DNA of 64,000 nt. Origin: Gammaproteobacteria bacterium (GTDB lineage Bacteria; Pseudomonadota; Gammaproteobacteria; Ga0077536). Within the stretch, counting starts at the first letter, position 1. Every line of letters starts with the position of its first letter. Below are positions 39,377 to 49,072 of the stretch, piece by piece. Location: contig CAXXLL010000002.1 of the NCBI GenBank assembly GCA_963662545.2, positions 1,472,001 through 1,536,000 of the forward strand, in the 5' to 3' direction. The position numbers were made by a program, and so were the translations under genes. The notes beneath the pieces were generated by a model. That model was not told the origin of the DNA. It was given only the letters and a program-made list of their open reading frames with translations, and made no database searches.

Positions 39377-41668
39377 ATGACACAAGTGACAAAGCTCGAC
39401 GTACCCAAAGGCCATTCCCTGCATCACGTCGTCTGCCCCCACGACTGCCCGGACACCTGCTCGATGCTGGTCACGCGCGATGACCGCACCGGCCGCGCGG
39501 TTCGCGTACAAGGGGATCCGACCCACCCCATTACGCGCGGTCATCTCTGTAACAAAGTCAATCATTACCTCGATCTGGTCTACAACGACAAGCGCGTGCT
39601 TTACCCCCACAAGCGGGTGGGGCCCAAGGGACCCGGTGCCCGGTTCGAGCGCATAGGCTGGGACGAAGCCCTCGACACTGTGACCGGGAAATTTAAACAG
39701 ATCATCGTTGAATTTGGTTCGGAGGCGATCCAGCCTTTCAATTTTTCCGGCACGCTCGGGATGATCGGGTATTGGGGGATGGACAACCGCTTCTGGAACA
39801 AGATGGAGGCCGCCCGCCTCGAAATGTCCATCTGCGTTCACGCTGCTTACTGGGCCTGCCAGCACACCTATGGATCGGCCAACGGCGCGGACATCGCCAT
39901 CGCGTCCGAGGACGCCGAGGTGATTATTCTCTGGGCTTTTAACCCGGTCTCGACCGGGGTCCATGCCATGCCCTTCATCCGCGAAGCACGCGCACGGGGC
40001 TGCAAGATCATCGCCATCGATCCGCGCCAGACCCGCTCCACCTGGATCGCGGACTGGCATGTCCAACCACGGCCGGGTACGGATGGTGCGCTCGCGCTCG
40101 GGATGATGAAGGTCATCGTCGACAACGACCTGCACGATCTCGATTTCCTCGCGCAGCACACCCGCGGATGGCAGGAACTCATCGAAACCAGGCTGCCCGA
40201 CTACCCACTCGACCGGGTCTCGAAGATCACGGGCTTGCCGGCCGCCGACATCGAACGGCTGGCGCTCACTTACGGCTCGACCAGAAAAACCAATATTCGC
40301 GCCGGTCACGGACTCAACCGGCATCAGAACTCGGGGCAGATGTGCCGCGCGATACTGCTTTTGCCGGCCATCACCGGCGCGTGGCGTGAGCGTTGCGGCG
40401 GTGCCGGCTTCGGCCGCATCGAGGAAAACTGGGATCCCTTCTTTTTCGAGGAATTCCAACGCTTCGATCTCGGGGACCGCGACAGCAAGCGCCTCGTAAA
40501 CATGGTCCAGATGGGCCAAGCGCTGGTTGACGACATCGGCGTCGACGGCGAAAAACTGGATCCCCCGATCAAATGCCTGTTCGTCTACAACGCCGATCCC
40601 GCGAACTGTGTGCCTAATTCGAACAATATGCGCAAGGGCCTCATGCGCGACGATCTGTTCACGGTGGTACACGACACTTTCTGGACCGATTCCTGTGATT
40701 ACGCGGACATCGTCCTGCCGGCCGACACCCAGCTCGAACGTACGGACTTCCACGGTTCTTACGGTTTTTTTCATTACGCGATGAATCTGCCCGTGATCGA
40801 GCCGCTGGGCGAGAGTGTGTGCAACAGCGAACTCTTCCGCCGCTTGGCACACAAGATGGGGTACGTCGAGACCAGCGACAATGCCTTCACGCAGACCGAC
40901 GAAGAGATCATTCGGGATGTGCTGGTCGACGGTGGGCGCAACCCGCTGCTGGAAGGCGTTACCTACGAGTACATGAAGGAAAACGGCTGGGCCATGGGCC
41001 GCTTCGATTCGCCCCGCCGGCGCTACACCGAGATCGGCTGGCCGACCGCGGACGGCAAGATCCAGATCTATTCCGATGCCTTGAAGGAACTGGGCCAGGA
41101 TCCGCTGCCGACATACGTGCCCGAGGTCGAGGGCCAGGAGGATGCCCTGCGCGAGCGTTACCCCTTGCAGGTTCTGAGTACTGCCTCGCACTATTTCATC
41201 GGCGATTCGTTCCAGTCGGTCGAGCGCCTGCGCGCGATGGAGTCGCGCCCGACCTTTGAAATGAACCCCGATGATGCGAGGACTCGCGGAATCGAAGACG
41301 GCGATCTGTGCCGTTTGTTCAATGATCGCGGCGAGACCTTTGGCTACGCCGTCGTTATCGAAGGCCTGCTGCAGGGTGTTCTTGGTACCCAAAAGCAGTT
41401 CAAGGGCAGCGACACGCCCGGGGGCGTCAACGTCAATGCCCTGAACTCCGAAGTCCTGTCGGATTTCGGCTTTGCACCGACGTTTTATTCCTGTCTCGCG
41501 GAAGTGGAGAGGGCCAGCGACGCAATGTGCCAGCAGGCGCTGCTCAAGGAATGGGGTGGCGAGGCGGGTTACATCAGGAACTGGCGCGCGCAGAATCCCG
41601 GGGTGGAGGCGAGCGACACAGACATCCTCGAACAGGCGCGCACCGCGCACCCGGGAGTGTTCGACTGA
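39377..41668 (+). CDS. Molybdopterin-dependent oxidoreductase
   Basis: CPHDCPDTC...LCNK, RPGTDGALALG, ADIVLPA, MNPDDA. Confidence 0.94.
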   Translation: MTQVTKLDVPKGHSLHHVVCPHDCPDTCSMLVTRDDRTGRAVRVQGDPTHPITRGHLCNKVNHYLDLVYNDKRVLYPHKRVGPKGPGARFERIGWDEALDTVTGKFKQIIVEFGSEAIQPFNFSGTLGMIGYWGMDNRFWNKMEAARLEMSICVHAAYWACQHTYGSANGADIAIASEDAEVIILWAFNPVSTGVHAMPFIREARARGCKIIAIDPRQTRSTWIADWHVQPRPGTDGALALGMMKVIVDNDLHDLDFLAQHTRGWQELIETRLPDYPLDRVSKITGLPAADIERLALTYGSTRKTNIRAGHGLNRHQNSGQMCRAILLLPAITGAWRERCGGAGFGRIEENWDPFFFEEFQRFDLGDRDSKRLVNMVQMGQALVDDIGVDGEKLDPPIKCLFVYNADPANCVPNSNNMRKGLMRDDLFTVVHDTFWTDSCDYADIVLPADTQLERTDFHGSYGFFHYAMNLPVIEPLGESVCNSELFRRLAHKMGYVETSDNAFTQTDEEIIRDVLVDGGRNPLLEGVTYEYMKENGWAMGRFDSPRRRYTEIGWPTADGKIQIYSDALKELGQDPLPTYVPEVEGQEDALRERYPLQVLSTASHYFIGDSFQSVERLRAMESRPTFEMNPDDARTRGIEDGDLCRLFNDRGETFGYAVVIEGLLQGVLGTQKQFKGSDTPGGVNVNALNSEVLSDFGFAPTFYSCLAEVERASDAMCQQALLKEWGGEAGYIRNWRAQNPGVEASDTDILEQARTAHPGVFD

Positions 41669-42789
41669 TCGCGAGCCGCTCCGAGCTAAGCCGCGATCCG
41701 CTGAGCCCGCCCGCGCCCAGGGGTGAGATCTCGAAGCGCCGCGTGGTCGTCAACGACGCCGAGATCGCGTCCATGCGGGCATTGACCCACGATACTTTCG
41801 AGATCGTCGTCCGTTGCGCGCCTGGCGGCCCAACGATATTCGCCCGAGCGGGACAGTTTCTCGCTCTGAAATTCCCGGGCATCGACAAGCCGCGCCCTTA
41901 TTCGCTGGCACGTGCGCCGGAGGCGGAACGCCCGGGCGAACACACATTCTTCATCCGTCTCGTCCCCGGCGGCGAAGTCTCGGGCTGGCTCGCGGCCGGC
42001 GACCGCACCGGTGAGCGGCTCGAGATCAGCGGGCCGCTCGGCGCCTTCGGCCTCGATGATTCCTCCGTGCCCATGATTTGTATCGCCGGAGGCAGCGGCA
42101 TGAGTGCGATCAAGGGCCTGATTGAACATGCCTGCAACCGGCAGGTGGAGCGCGATTGCACTTTCATCTACGGAGCGCGTGAACAGCGCGATCTCTATTG
42201 CCGCGAGGACATCGAGGCGATCCAATCAAGCTGGCACGCCGCGTATCGATTCGAATTCGTGCAGGTGCTTTCTGAAGAACCGATGGGCACCGACTGGAAC
42301 GGCGCGCGCGGACTGGTGACGGAACATGTCAAACAGGCGTACCTCGATAGCGCTCGGATCGATCCCTCCCACTGCAAGGCGTATTTCTGTGGACCGCCGC
42401 CCATGATCGAAGCGGGGGCGGCGGTACTTACTGAAGCGGGCGTTTCCGAGGATGACATATTCCGCGACATCTTCGAGGATGCAAGTTCGCCTGCGCCAGT
42501 GATCGACAACGTGAAATGTGTGCTGTGCGACGAATGCCTGCTGGTCAAACCGGTCACTGGCTGCATCGTCGAGGCCTCGAGACTCGAAGTGGATTCGGAC
42601 GGTCAAGTCTCGGGATTTGATCCCATCGATCCGGCGCGGTCATCAGGCCTTTACTACAACGCGCTGGTCATCGACGAGCAGGCATGCATTCGTTGTTACG
42701 CCTGCGTCAGCGCTTGCCCGCACGATGCGATCGCGCCAGGTAACGCGCGTATTGCTCAGACGTTGCGGCAGCGATCCCGTTCGTTGTAA
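41665..42789 (+). CDS. FAD/NAD(P)-binding (FNR-type) reductase fused to a C-terminal 4Fe-4S dicluster; start uncertain
   Basis: RPYS, GGEVS, IAGGSG, YGAR, CGPPPM; CVLCDEC and CIRCYACVSACP. Confidence 0.85.
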   Translation: MIASRSELSRDPLSPPAPRGEISKRRVVVNDAEIASMRALTHDTFEIVVRCAPGGPTIFARAGQFLALKFPGIDKPRPYSLARAPEAERPGEHTFFIRLVPGGEVSGWLAAGDRTGERLEISGPLGAFGLDDSSVPMICIAGGSGMSAIKGLIEHACNRQVERDCTFIYGAREQRDLYCREDIEAIQSSWHAAYRFEFVQVLSEEPMGTDWNGARGLVTEHVKQAYLDSARIDPSHCKAYFCGPPPMIEAGAAVLTEAGVSEDDIFRDIFEDASSPAPVIDNVKCVLCDECLLVKPVTGCIVEASRLEVDSDGQVSGFDPIDPARSSGLYYNALVIDEQACIRCYACVSACPHDAIAPGNARIAQTLRQRSRSL

Positions 42790-42815
42790 CGCAGGAATGC
42801 TGAGTACTGTGCGGC

Positions 42816-43553
42816 TTAGGCCGCGCGTTCGACAGACCACATCCGGCGCGCGAAGGCGGGGTAGGGATCGGCGATCGCTCGGGCGACGTCGCCACGGATT
42901 AGCCCGAGTGTCGCGGCATCTGGAGCAGGTGTTTCGGGTACGTCGGGCGGGCAATCGAAATCGAAGCCGGTCTCGTCGCGAACTTCATCTACAGTGTGGC
43001 CGGGGTGGACGCTTGCGAGGCGGAAACGCCGGCGGTCGCGATCGAACAGGAACAGGCACCGACCAGTGACGAGCGCATGCGGTCCGCCGGGCCGGTAGAC
43101 GTTGGGCGGGCTGGTCCCTGGCGCACTGATGAAATCGACCTTGGGAACGAACACGCGCCGCGAATGTTCTTCGCGAAAGAGGATTACGCGCGGGACCATG
43201 AAATAGAGATAGGCCGATCCAAACGCACCCGACCAACGTACGTCTTGCTCCGGATAGCTGCCGATCCCGGTGAGGTTGATATTGGCCTCGCCGTCGATCT
43301 GTCCGCCGCTCAGGAAGAACACGTCGATGCGGCCTTGCCCCGCGCAGTCGAACAGATCGACGCCGCCGTCGGTGCGGTAGGGCTCCTGTTGGCTGCCGAT
43401 GATCGACAGGCGTGTCGTTCCGCCCGAGCGGTGCCGGGCAAGGAGCGCCGCCGATCCGGGGATCGGTGACAACACGCCGACCGCGATGTGGCCCGCGCCG
43501 TCGAGGAGTTTGGCGATCGTTGCGATCAGCAGTTCTTCGCTGCGGAAATCCAT
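42816..43553 (-). CDS. CoA-transferase beta subunit (glutaconate CoA-transferase-like)
   Basis: GGQIDGEANIN, GAFGS, FVPKVDFISAPG, SVHPG...TGF. Confidence 0.9.
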   Translation of the reverse strand: MDFRSEELLIATIAKLLDGAGHIAVGVLSPIPGSAALLARHRSGGTTRLSIIGSQQEPYRTDGGVDLFDCAGQGRIDVFFLSGGQIDGEANINLTGIGSYPEQDVRWSGAFGSAYLYFMVPRVILFREEHSRRVFVPKVDFISAPGTSPPNVYRPGGPHALVTGRCLFLFDRDRRRFRLASVHPGHTVDEVRDETGFDFDCPPDVPETPAPDAATLGLIRGDVARAIADPYPAFARRMWSVERAA

Positions 43554-43586
43554 CGCTCGATTCGTGCGCGCCAGTGCGGCGAGTGC

Positions 43587-44414
43587 CTAGGCGGCGACGC
43601 CGGCCTCGTTCAAGACGTGTTCGTCGAGATACGCGCGGAAATCCTCCGCCGTTGCCGCGGCACGCGCATAATCGGCGAGCGCTTCGGCGTCGACGTCGTA
43701 ATGCCCGGGCAGGTTCAAGGGCCACGAACCCTTTGGCGCTTCCGCGATCCCCGTTACATAGAGCGACGAGATGCTCGCCGCCGCGAGTTCTTCGCGTTCG
43801 AGGATGTTGAAGTCCACGATCGCCTCGGCGGTGACAAAGGTCTGGCGCGCGGCATGAGCCATGATCTTGAGTTCGGCCTGGCGAGCGATGTAGAGGTTGC
43901 CGGCGCGATCGGCTGCGGGAACGTGGAATAAGGCCACGTCCGGTTGGATTGCCGGCAGCGCGACGATGGGGTCGTCGTCGGCGAACGGATTGTCGATGAC
44001 CTTGATATCGGGGCGGTTGGCGAGGATGTCCGATCCGATCAGGCCCCGCAGCGGCATGAAGGGAATGCCTTTCTCGGCGGCCTGCAGGCCGGCGTAGATC
44101 GCCGGGCAGGTCGCGTCCAGGATCCGGACTGTGCCGTTTTTCACCGCGTCGACAAAACGCGGCGCGGGACCGAACTCGCCGAGCGACACGCCCGCCGTTT
44201 CGATGGTATCGACGCAGCCCGCGCCGATCAGCAGATCCGGCAAGATGCCGCCGGTTGGTACCGTGATCACGTGTAGGCCGCGCGCACCGCGTCGGATCAA
44301 GGCATGGCCGAGCGCCATCGGTACACCGCAATCCTTGAACAGGGCGAGCCTGGCGCCGTCCGGAATGCGGGCGGCGAGGGCGTCGACACTGTCGGCGATG
44401 ATCGGATCGTCCAT
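43587..44414 (-). CDS. CoA-transferase alpha subunit
   Basis: DLLIGAGCV, AAEKGIPFMPLRG, NPF, PDVALFH, ADRAGN. Confidence 0.9.
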   Translation of the reverse strand: MDDPIIADSVDALAARIPDGARLALFKDCGVPMALGHALIRRGARGLHVITVPTGGILPDLLIGAGCVDTIETAGVSLGEFGPAPRFVDAVKNGTVRILDATCPAIYAGLQAAEKGIPFMPLRGLIGSDILANRPDIKVIDNPFADDDPIVALPAIQPDVALFHVPAADRAGNLYIARQAELKIMAHAARQTFVTAEAIVDFNILEREELAAASISSLYVTGIAEAPKGSWPLNLPGHYDVDAEALADYARAAATAEDFRAYLDEHVLNEAGVAA

Positions 44415-44718
44415 CTTGTGCTGGGTCTCCGTGTTATCTGCCTCGCGCGTTACGCGGGAAACATAAGGTTTCACGTTCGCTTGTCCGTTTCGACGATAGC
44501 AGATCGGTTTATGGTCGACCACCGTCCGAACGACCGGCTGGGATAAGACAGCGAAATTGCGTGTCACAACGCCAGTATCAGGGTTTGTCCTTTTTTACCT
44601 GTTTATTCGTTGGGGCTTGACGCCGCGCGTGCAGACGGGACGTCACTGGTGCCGTCGGCGCTAGAATTGGCTGTACCAATGTATTTCGATATGCGAAAAC
44701 ACCTAAAGGACGTAAACC

Positions 44719-45162
44719 ATGCCGCTTAGGATGACTAAGGACTCCCGCGAGCAGTTCCTCGCCGAACCGCGGATCGGCATCGTCGGAATCGACGAGCCCG
44801 GCCGCGCGCCCCGCGTGGTGCCGCTATGGTACGACTTCGACCCGGCCGTCGGCGTCTGGATCGTCTCTCGGACGCGTTCGCGCAAGACTGCGCTGCTGCG
44901 CGAAGCGGGGCGCTATTCCCTCTGCGTGCAGGACACGGCGCCCCTGGCCTACCGTCATGTCAGCGTGCAGGGGCCGATCATCGAGGAGCGGCCGTGCGAA
45001 CTCGAGCGGGATTTCCGGCCGCTGACCCGCCGTTACCTGGATCCCGAAACGGCCGACGCTTTCGTCGCGGAAACTTGGGAAGAGGCCCGCCTGATCTTTG
45101 TCATGCGGCCCGTGAACTGGGTCACGGCGGATTACGCGGAGCGGTTTACAAGCGACGCATAG
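44719..45162 (+). CDS. Pyridoxamine 5'-phosphate oxidase family protein
   Basis: REQFLAEPRIG, VPLWY, SRK, SLCVQD...YRHVSVQG. Confidence 0.85.
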   Translation: MPLRMTKDSREQFLAEPRIGIVGIDEPGRAPRVVPLWYDFDPAVGVWIVSRTRSRKTALLREAGRYSLCVQDTAPLAYRHVSVQGPIIEERPCELERDFRPLTRRYLDPETADAFVAETWEEARLIFVMRPVNWVTADYAERFTSDA

Positions 45163-45222
45163 TCGTCGGGGTACGAACTGCGTGGCCTTGAAATATCGCG
45201 CGATAATTAAATCTGATACGTC

Positions 45223-47028
45223 CTAAGGTTCCTGCGTGTCCTCCTGCGACCATACGCTTCGCAGTATCTCGAAAACGGGAGGTAGAAGTTCTTTGTCTTC
45301 CTGACACTCGGTAAGGAAATTTTCGACAAAATCTCTGTCCCAATGAGGCACGACTCGGTTTAACTCGGGGATAACTGCAGCCGCATCGTCGGACTTCCCC
45401 TGACCACCCAGCGAGATCATCAGAAACACCCAGCTCCAACCGTTACGACCGCCAGCAGCAGCAAGCGACCCGCGCGCAGTTTTCTCAGCTTCTTCCCACC
45501 GTTGAAGAAAGACCAGCGCGAGCGAGTGATACATCCCGGCCATGTGCGCGCCGGGATCGTTAGGATTAAGACGTTTGAACCTTTCGAAATGTGCGAGCGC
45601 TACTGCGGGTTTCCCCGAGAACATCAGCCCTCGACCGTAATAGCAGTGCGCGAGTACATCGCTGGGATTCAGACGCAAACTGCGTTGCAGGTATTCCATC
45701 GACTCAGCCGGCCGACCGGCATATTGTAGTGCCACTGACTTAGCGACGAGGTTCCAGGGATCTCCGGCGTCAAGTGTCAACGCTTTTTCCGTTAGTCTTA
45801 GCGATTCGTCAATGTCCGCTTGATGATCCTCGCTTAAACCCAATGGAAACTTGAAAGCGGTCAGAAAACCCAGTACCGCCCAGGCGAATGCGTATTCTGG
45901 GTCGATCTCGAGAGCTCGGCGCACTAAGGATAAAGTTTCATCCAGAGTTGTCGTCGGGTTGAGAAAAAAAGTCGCCGTGGCCCGGGCCGCCAGCGCCCAA
46001 GCGTCCAGTTGCTCCGGCGGTTTTCTGCGGAAACGTTCTACTTCAGCCATTTTCAGATGAGATCCAAGCGCGGTGACGATCGCCTCGACTAAATCGTCGA
46101 AGACATCAAATAGTTCGGTCAACGCCCGATCAATTTTGTCTCCCCATAATTCGCGTCTGGTTTCAACGTCGATCAGCGCCATTGACACTCGAAACCGCGG
46201 CCCGATGTGTCGAACCGTCCCCTCGACGACATACCGAGCGCCGAGGATTTTGCCAATCTCTCTGATGTCCGGAACTTTGCCCTTGAACTGCATGACAGAA
46301 TTGTGCGAGATAACCGCGAACCTTTTGTCGCAGGACAGTCCCGTAATGATGTCGACGGTCATGGCATCGACCAGGTACTCCTGCTCCAAGTCAGTCGACA
46401 GGTTGGTAAATGGGAGAACCGCAATGGTGGGTATCCCTTGAGGACTGGCATCGTGATAAAACCCGTTGCGATGGTCTTCGTGGCGCGTTGACGGCTCGGC
46501 GATGAGCGTTTTAACCGGAACGCGGTAGGCATGTACGGGATGTGGAATGTTCTTGAACATCTGCTCGCCGAGATCTTCACAATCAAGGTCGAATTGGCCG
46601 GTTACCTGGTCGAGTATTTGCCGAGACAGGCAAATACCTCCGACTTCCGATAATCCTTCCAGTCGTGAAGCAACATTCACAGCGTCGCCGTAAATTCGGT
46701 CGCCCTCGATGCGTACGTCTCCGACGTGAGCCCCGAGTCGGAAATTCATCTGCTGTTCGTGTGGGATATCCGCGGACTTCGCGTGGTTAGCGTGCTGGAT
46801 CTCTACTGCGCAGTGCAGAGCGTGTACCGCGCTACCAAACTCTGCGAGAAAATTATCACCGGTGAAGTCCACCAGACGGCCATGATGGGTAACGACAGCG
46901 ATTCCAATCGCATCCTCATGCGCGGCGAGCATTTTAATGGTCGCCTCCTCATCGGTGGCCATGAGTCGGCTGTAGCCGACCACATCGCCGCTCAACATAG
47001 CTAACAGTTTTCGATCGCCTGAAGCCAT
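45223..47028 (-). CDS. Adenylate/guanylate cyclase + TolB-like + TPR protein
   Basis: DVVGYSRLM, GDNFLAEF, GDAVNVASRLE, IAVLPFTNLS, TPR repeats. Confidence 0.93.
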   Translation of the reverse strand: MASGDRKLLAMLSGDVVGYSRLMATDEEATIKMLAAHEDAIGIAVVTHHGRLVDFTGDNFLAEFGSAVHALHCAVEIQHANHAKSADIPHEQQMNFRLGAHVGDVRIEGDRIYGDAVNVASRLEGLSEVGGICLSRQILDQVTGQFDLDCEDLGEQMFKNIPHPVHAYRVPVKTLIAEPSTRHEDHRNGFYHDASPQGIPTIAVLPFTNLSTDLEQEYLVDAMTVDIITGLSCDKRFAVISHNSVMQFKGKVPDIREIGKILGARYVVEGTVRHIGPRFRVSMALIDVETRRELWGDKIDRALTELFDVFDDLVEAIVTALGSHLKMAEVERFRRKPPEQLDAWALAARATATFFLNPTTTLDETLSLVRRALEIDPEYAFAWAVLGFLTAFKFPLGLSEDHQADIDESLRLTEKALTLDAGDPWNLVAKSVALQYAGRPAESMEYLQRSLRLNPSDVLAHCYYGRGLMFSGKPAVALAHFERFKRLNPNDPGAHMAGMYHSLALVFLQRWEEAEKTARGSLAAAGGRNGWSWVFLMISLGGQGKSDDAAAVIPELNRVVPHWDRDFVENFLTECQEDKELLPPVFEILRSVWSQEDTQEP

Positions 47029-47121
47029 GGTTCGCCGGCCGCATTCGCTTTCCAGCTTCACGTAATCCCCATCATGATCCGGCCAGTTTAATCGATGCGC
47101 CTAACTCCTAGAAATGTCCGC

Positions 47122-47182
47122 TTCGGCCGATCGTGACATTCCCGCGGGAACGCTATTTAATTACGAATCATTAAGGTCTGAC
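47122..47182 (+). repeat. 61-bp direct repeat, copy 1
   Basis: 52/61 identical to 50170-50230; internal palindrome TTCCCGCGGGAA; ends AATCATTAAGGTCTGAC. Confidence 0.9.
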
Positions 47183-47184
47183 CA

Positions 47185-47505
47185 CTGATTAGGGCTGGGT
47201 TATGCTCAATAGCGTGTAGCTGGAGTTGCGCGAGGTAGTAGCCGTAATAATCGAAGAAACAAACACTCCGATTGTTTTCCCGATGGATCATGTGCCAGAG
47301 GAGTCCGGCGATCTGCGATCGCGCCTGTCGCGGCATATTCATTCTCCTTGTGAACCGTCTCACTAGATCATCAGGCCTGCATGCTCTGATTAGGGCTGGG
47401 TTATGCTCAATAGCGTGTAGCTGGAGTTGCGCGTAGCCGTAATCACGTTCATCGAAGAAACAAACACTCCGATTGTTTTCCCGTGGGGCCAGAGGAGTCG
47501 GCGAT
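47185..47505 (-). pseudogene. Two tandem, internally deleted RAYT remnants (starts 201 bp apart)
   Basis: Minus-strand translation MPRQAR...WHMIHRENNRSVCFFD...AIEHNPAL matches the RAYT N-terminus (HIIQRGxxR) fused to a degenerate YIELNP motif; a ~125-bp unit occurs at 47185 and 47386. Confidence 0.75.
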
Positions 47506-47555
47506 GACTCGAACATGTGGTCCGCGCGCGATTTCCCCTTGGCGTTAACAATTAT

Positions 47556-48940
47556 GGGTCTACGCGGAAACGTGTGGGTTGATATTGGCATTTCTGGGTA
47601 GTGGCGGAAGAAATGCCGCAATGATTTTCAGTTTGAGGAATTCCTCATCACGATAGCCATAGGCGCGTCGTTGCAGGACCCGGATTTTGTTGTTGACCCC
47701 TTCGACCAATCCAAGACTGACTTTATTCTTAGCATCACAATAGGAAGCAATGCCATCCCAATGGGATTCAATCAGCTCAGCAAACTTGCGATACGGCGCC
47801 AATCGCTGCCATTTCAGACTGTCCTTCCAGCGCTCGAAAAAGGCACGCGCGCCGCGCTCGGTACGGTAGTCCCAGAGTTGGCCGAAGGTTTCCTTGAGGA
47901 CGTAGGCGGTGTTCAGACGCCGGTTGGCCTGGAGCAGTTTTTTCAGGGCTCGTCTGCCATCCAGATTCAGGTTCTCGCGTCGCGAGAGCAAGGTATATCG
48001 CTGGCCTTTGATGTAACTCCTGTCCTTGCCGCGGAGACGTTTGTATTCACGGCGCCGGACTTCATCGAGAGCCTTTGAGAGGTGGCGCATGATATGGAAC
48101 TTGTCATAGATGATCCGCGCCTGCGGTGCGTTGTTCATGACCGAGTTACGGAACGGCTTCCACATGTCCATCGCCGCCAGTTCGATGCGAGCGCTCTTGT
48201 TCTCGCCCAATGCCTGGAAAAACAGGTCGATGTCAGCCTCTTTGCGACCTTCACCACCGACCCAGATAGGACGCCCCCGATCCAGGTCACTGACGATGAC
48301 CCGGTAGTTATGTCCTTTGCGGATGGAGATCTCATCAATACCGATGGCCCGGGGTGCTGGCATGCCCGCCAGCTCAACCTGCTTTTGCATGTACAGCTTA
48401 TCGAGGTCTTTCACCGTGCTGTGGTGCAGGCGTTCCCTCTCGGCGACAGCCTGGTTCGGCATGTCCCGGCACAGCTTGCCCACCTGCATGGCAAAGCGCT
48501 GCGTATAGCGAGGGTTCTTTGCCAGCCAGTCAAGATGTTCTACCTGCACGCCGCCGCACCTCCGGCAACTGACACGCCAGCGTTCGAACTCCAGGTAGAT
48601 TCGCCATCCGGCAACTGACAGGTCTCGTACTCGCAGCACCTTCTTGTCGTAACGCCCGCGGCACCGGTGAGCACAGTGAGAACAGATCGCTGTTTTTTTC
48701 GCCTCTTGAGTTGGATCACACGGGCATACCGATCACCAAACATGCCCACCAATTTCGATGCGGCGGTAAAACCAGGGAACGCAAACAGCGCTCGGATCGA
48801 CTTGGGATTCTTCATGGCCTTAGCCTACCCACAAAATGAAACCACTTTCACCCCATACGAAATCTCTGAATGTCTACATGATTTCAATGGTTTACACTTG
48901 GTCTAATTCAGAATTTACCCACATGAATCCGCGTAGACCC
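47556..48940 (-). mobile_element. ISL3-family insertion sequence, 1385 bp, 8-bp TSD
   Basis: TIR GGGTCTACGCGGAAACGTGTGGGT / ACCCACATGAATCCGCGTAGACCC; ACAATTAT at 47548-47555 and 48941-48948. Confidence 0.95.
47560..48815 (-). CDS. ISL3 transposase, split by a -1 frameshift at an A7 run
   Basis: GIDE, AMDMW, YDKFH, EGVNNKI..QRRAYG; the upstream ORF MKNPK joins the CSHC zinc-finger frame at CGA AAA AAA C. Confidence 0.9.
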
Positions 48941-49072
48941 ACAATTATTAACAATTGTGGCCCTTTGTCACCGGGTCTGTAAGTTGATCCGCCGTTCCGC
49001 AGGTGTATAGGATTGTGGCGGGACTGAATGAAAGTTTATGGTATTACCGCGAAATTCGAGGGAGGATCGGAA

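Noticed and set aside
39230-41650. 806-aa antisense ORF, and similar long shadow ORFs (28596-30059, 42985-44331, 56370-57269)
   Set aside because: They overlap well-supported genes and show no motifs; expected from GC-rich codon bias.
47185-47505. Repeated units as a CRISPR array
   Set aside because: Only two ~125-bp units with indels, no repeat-spacer periodicity and no cas genes; they translate as RAYT fragments.
47157-47621. 154-aa ORF as a real repeat protein
   Set aside because: It starts inside the ISL3 end and reads through degenerate RAYT relics; chance open frame.
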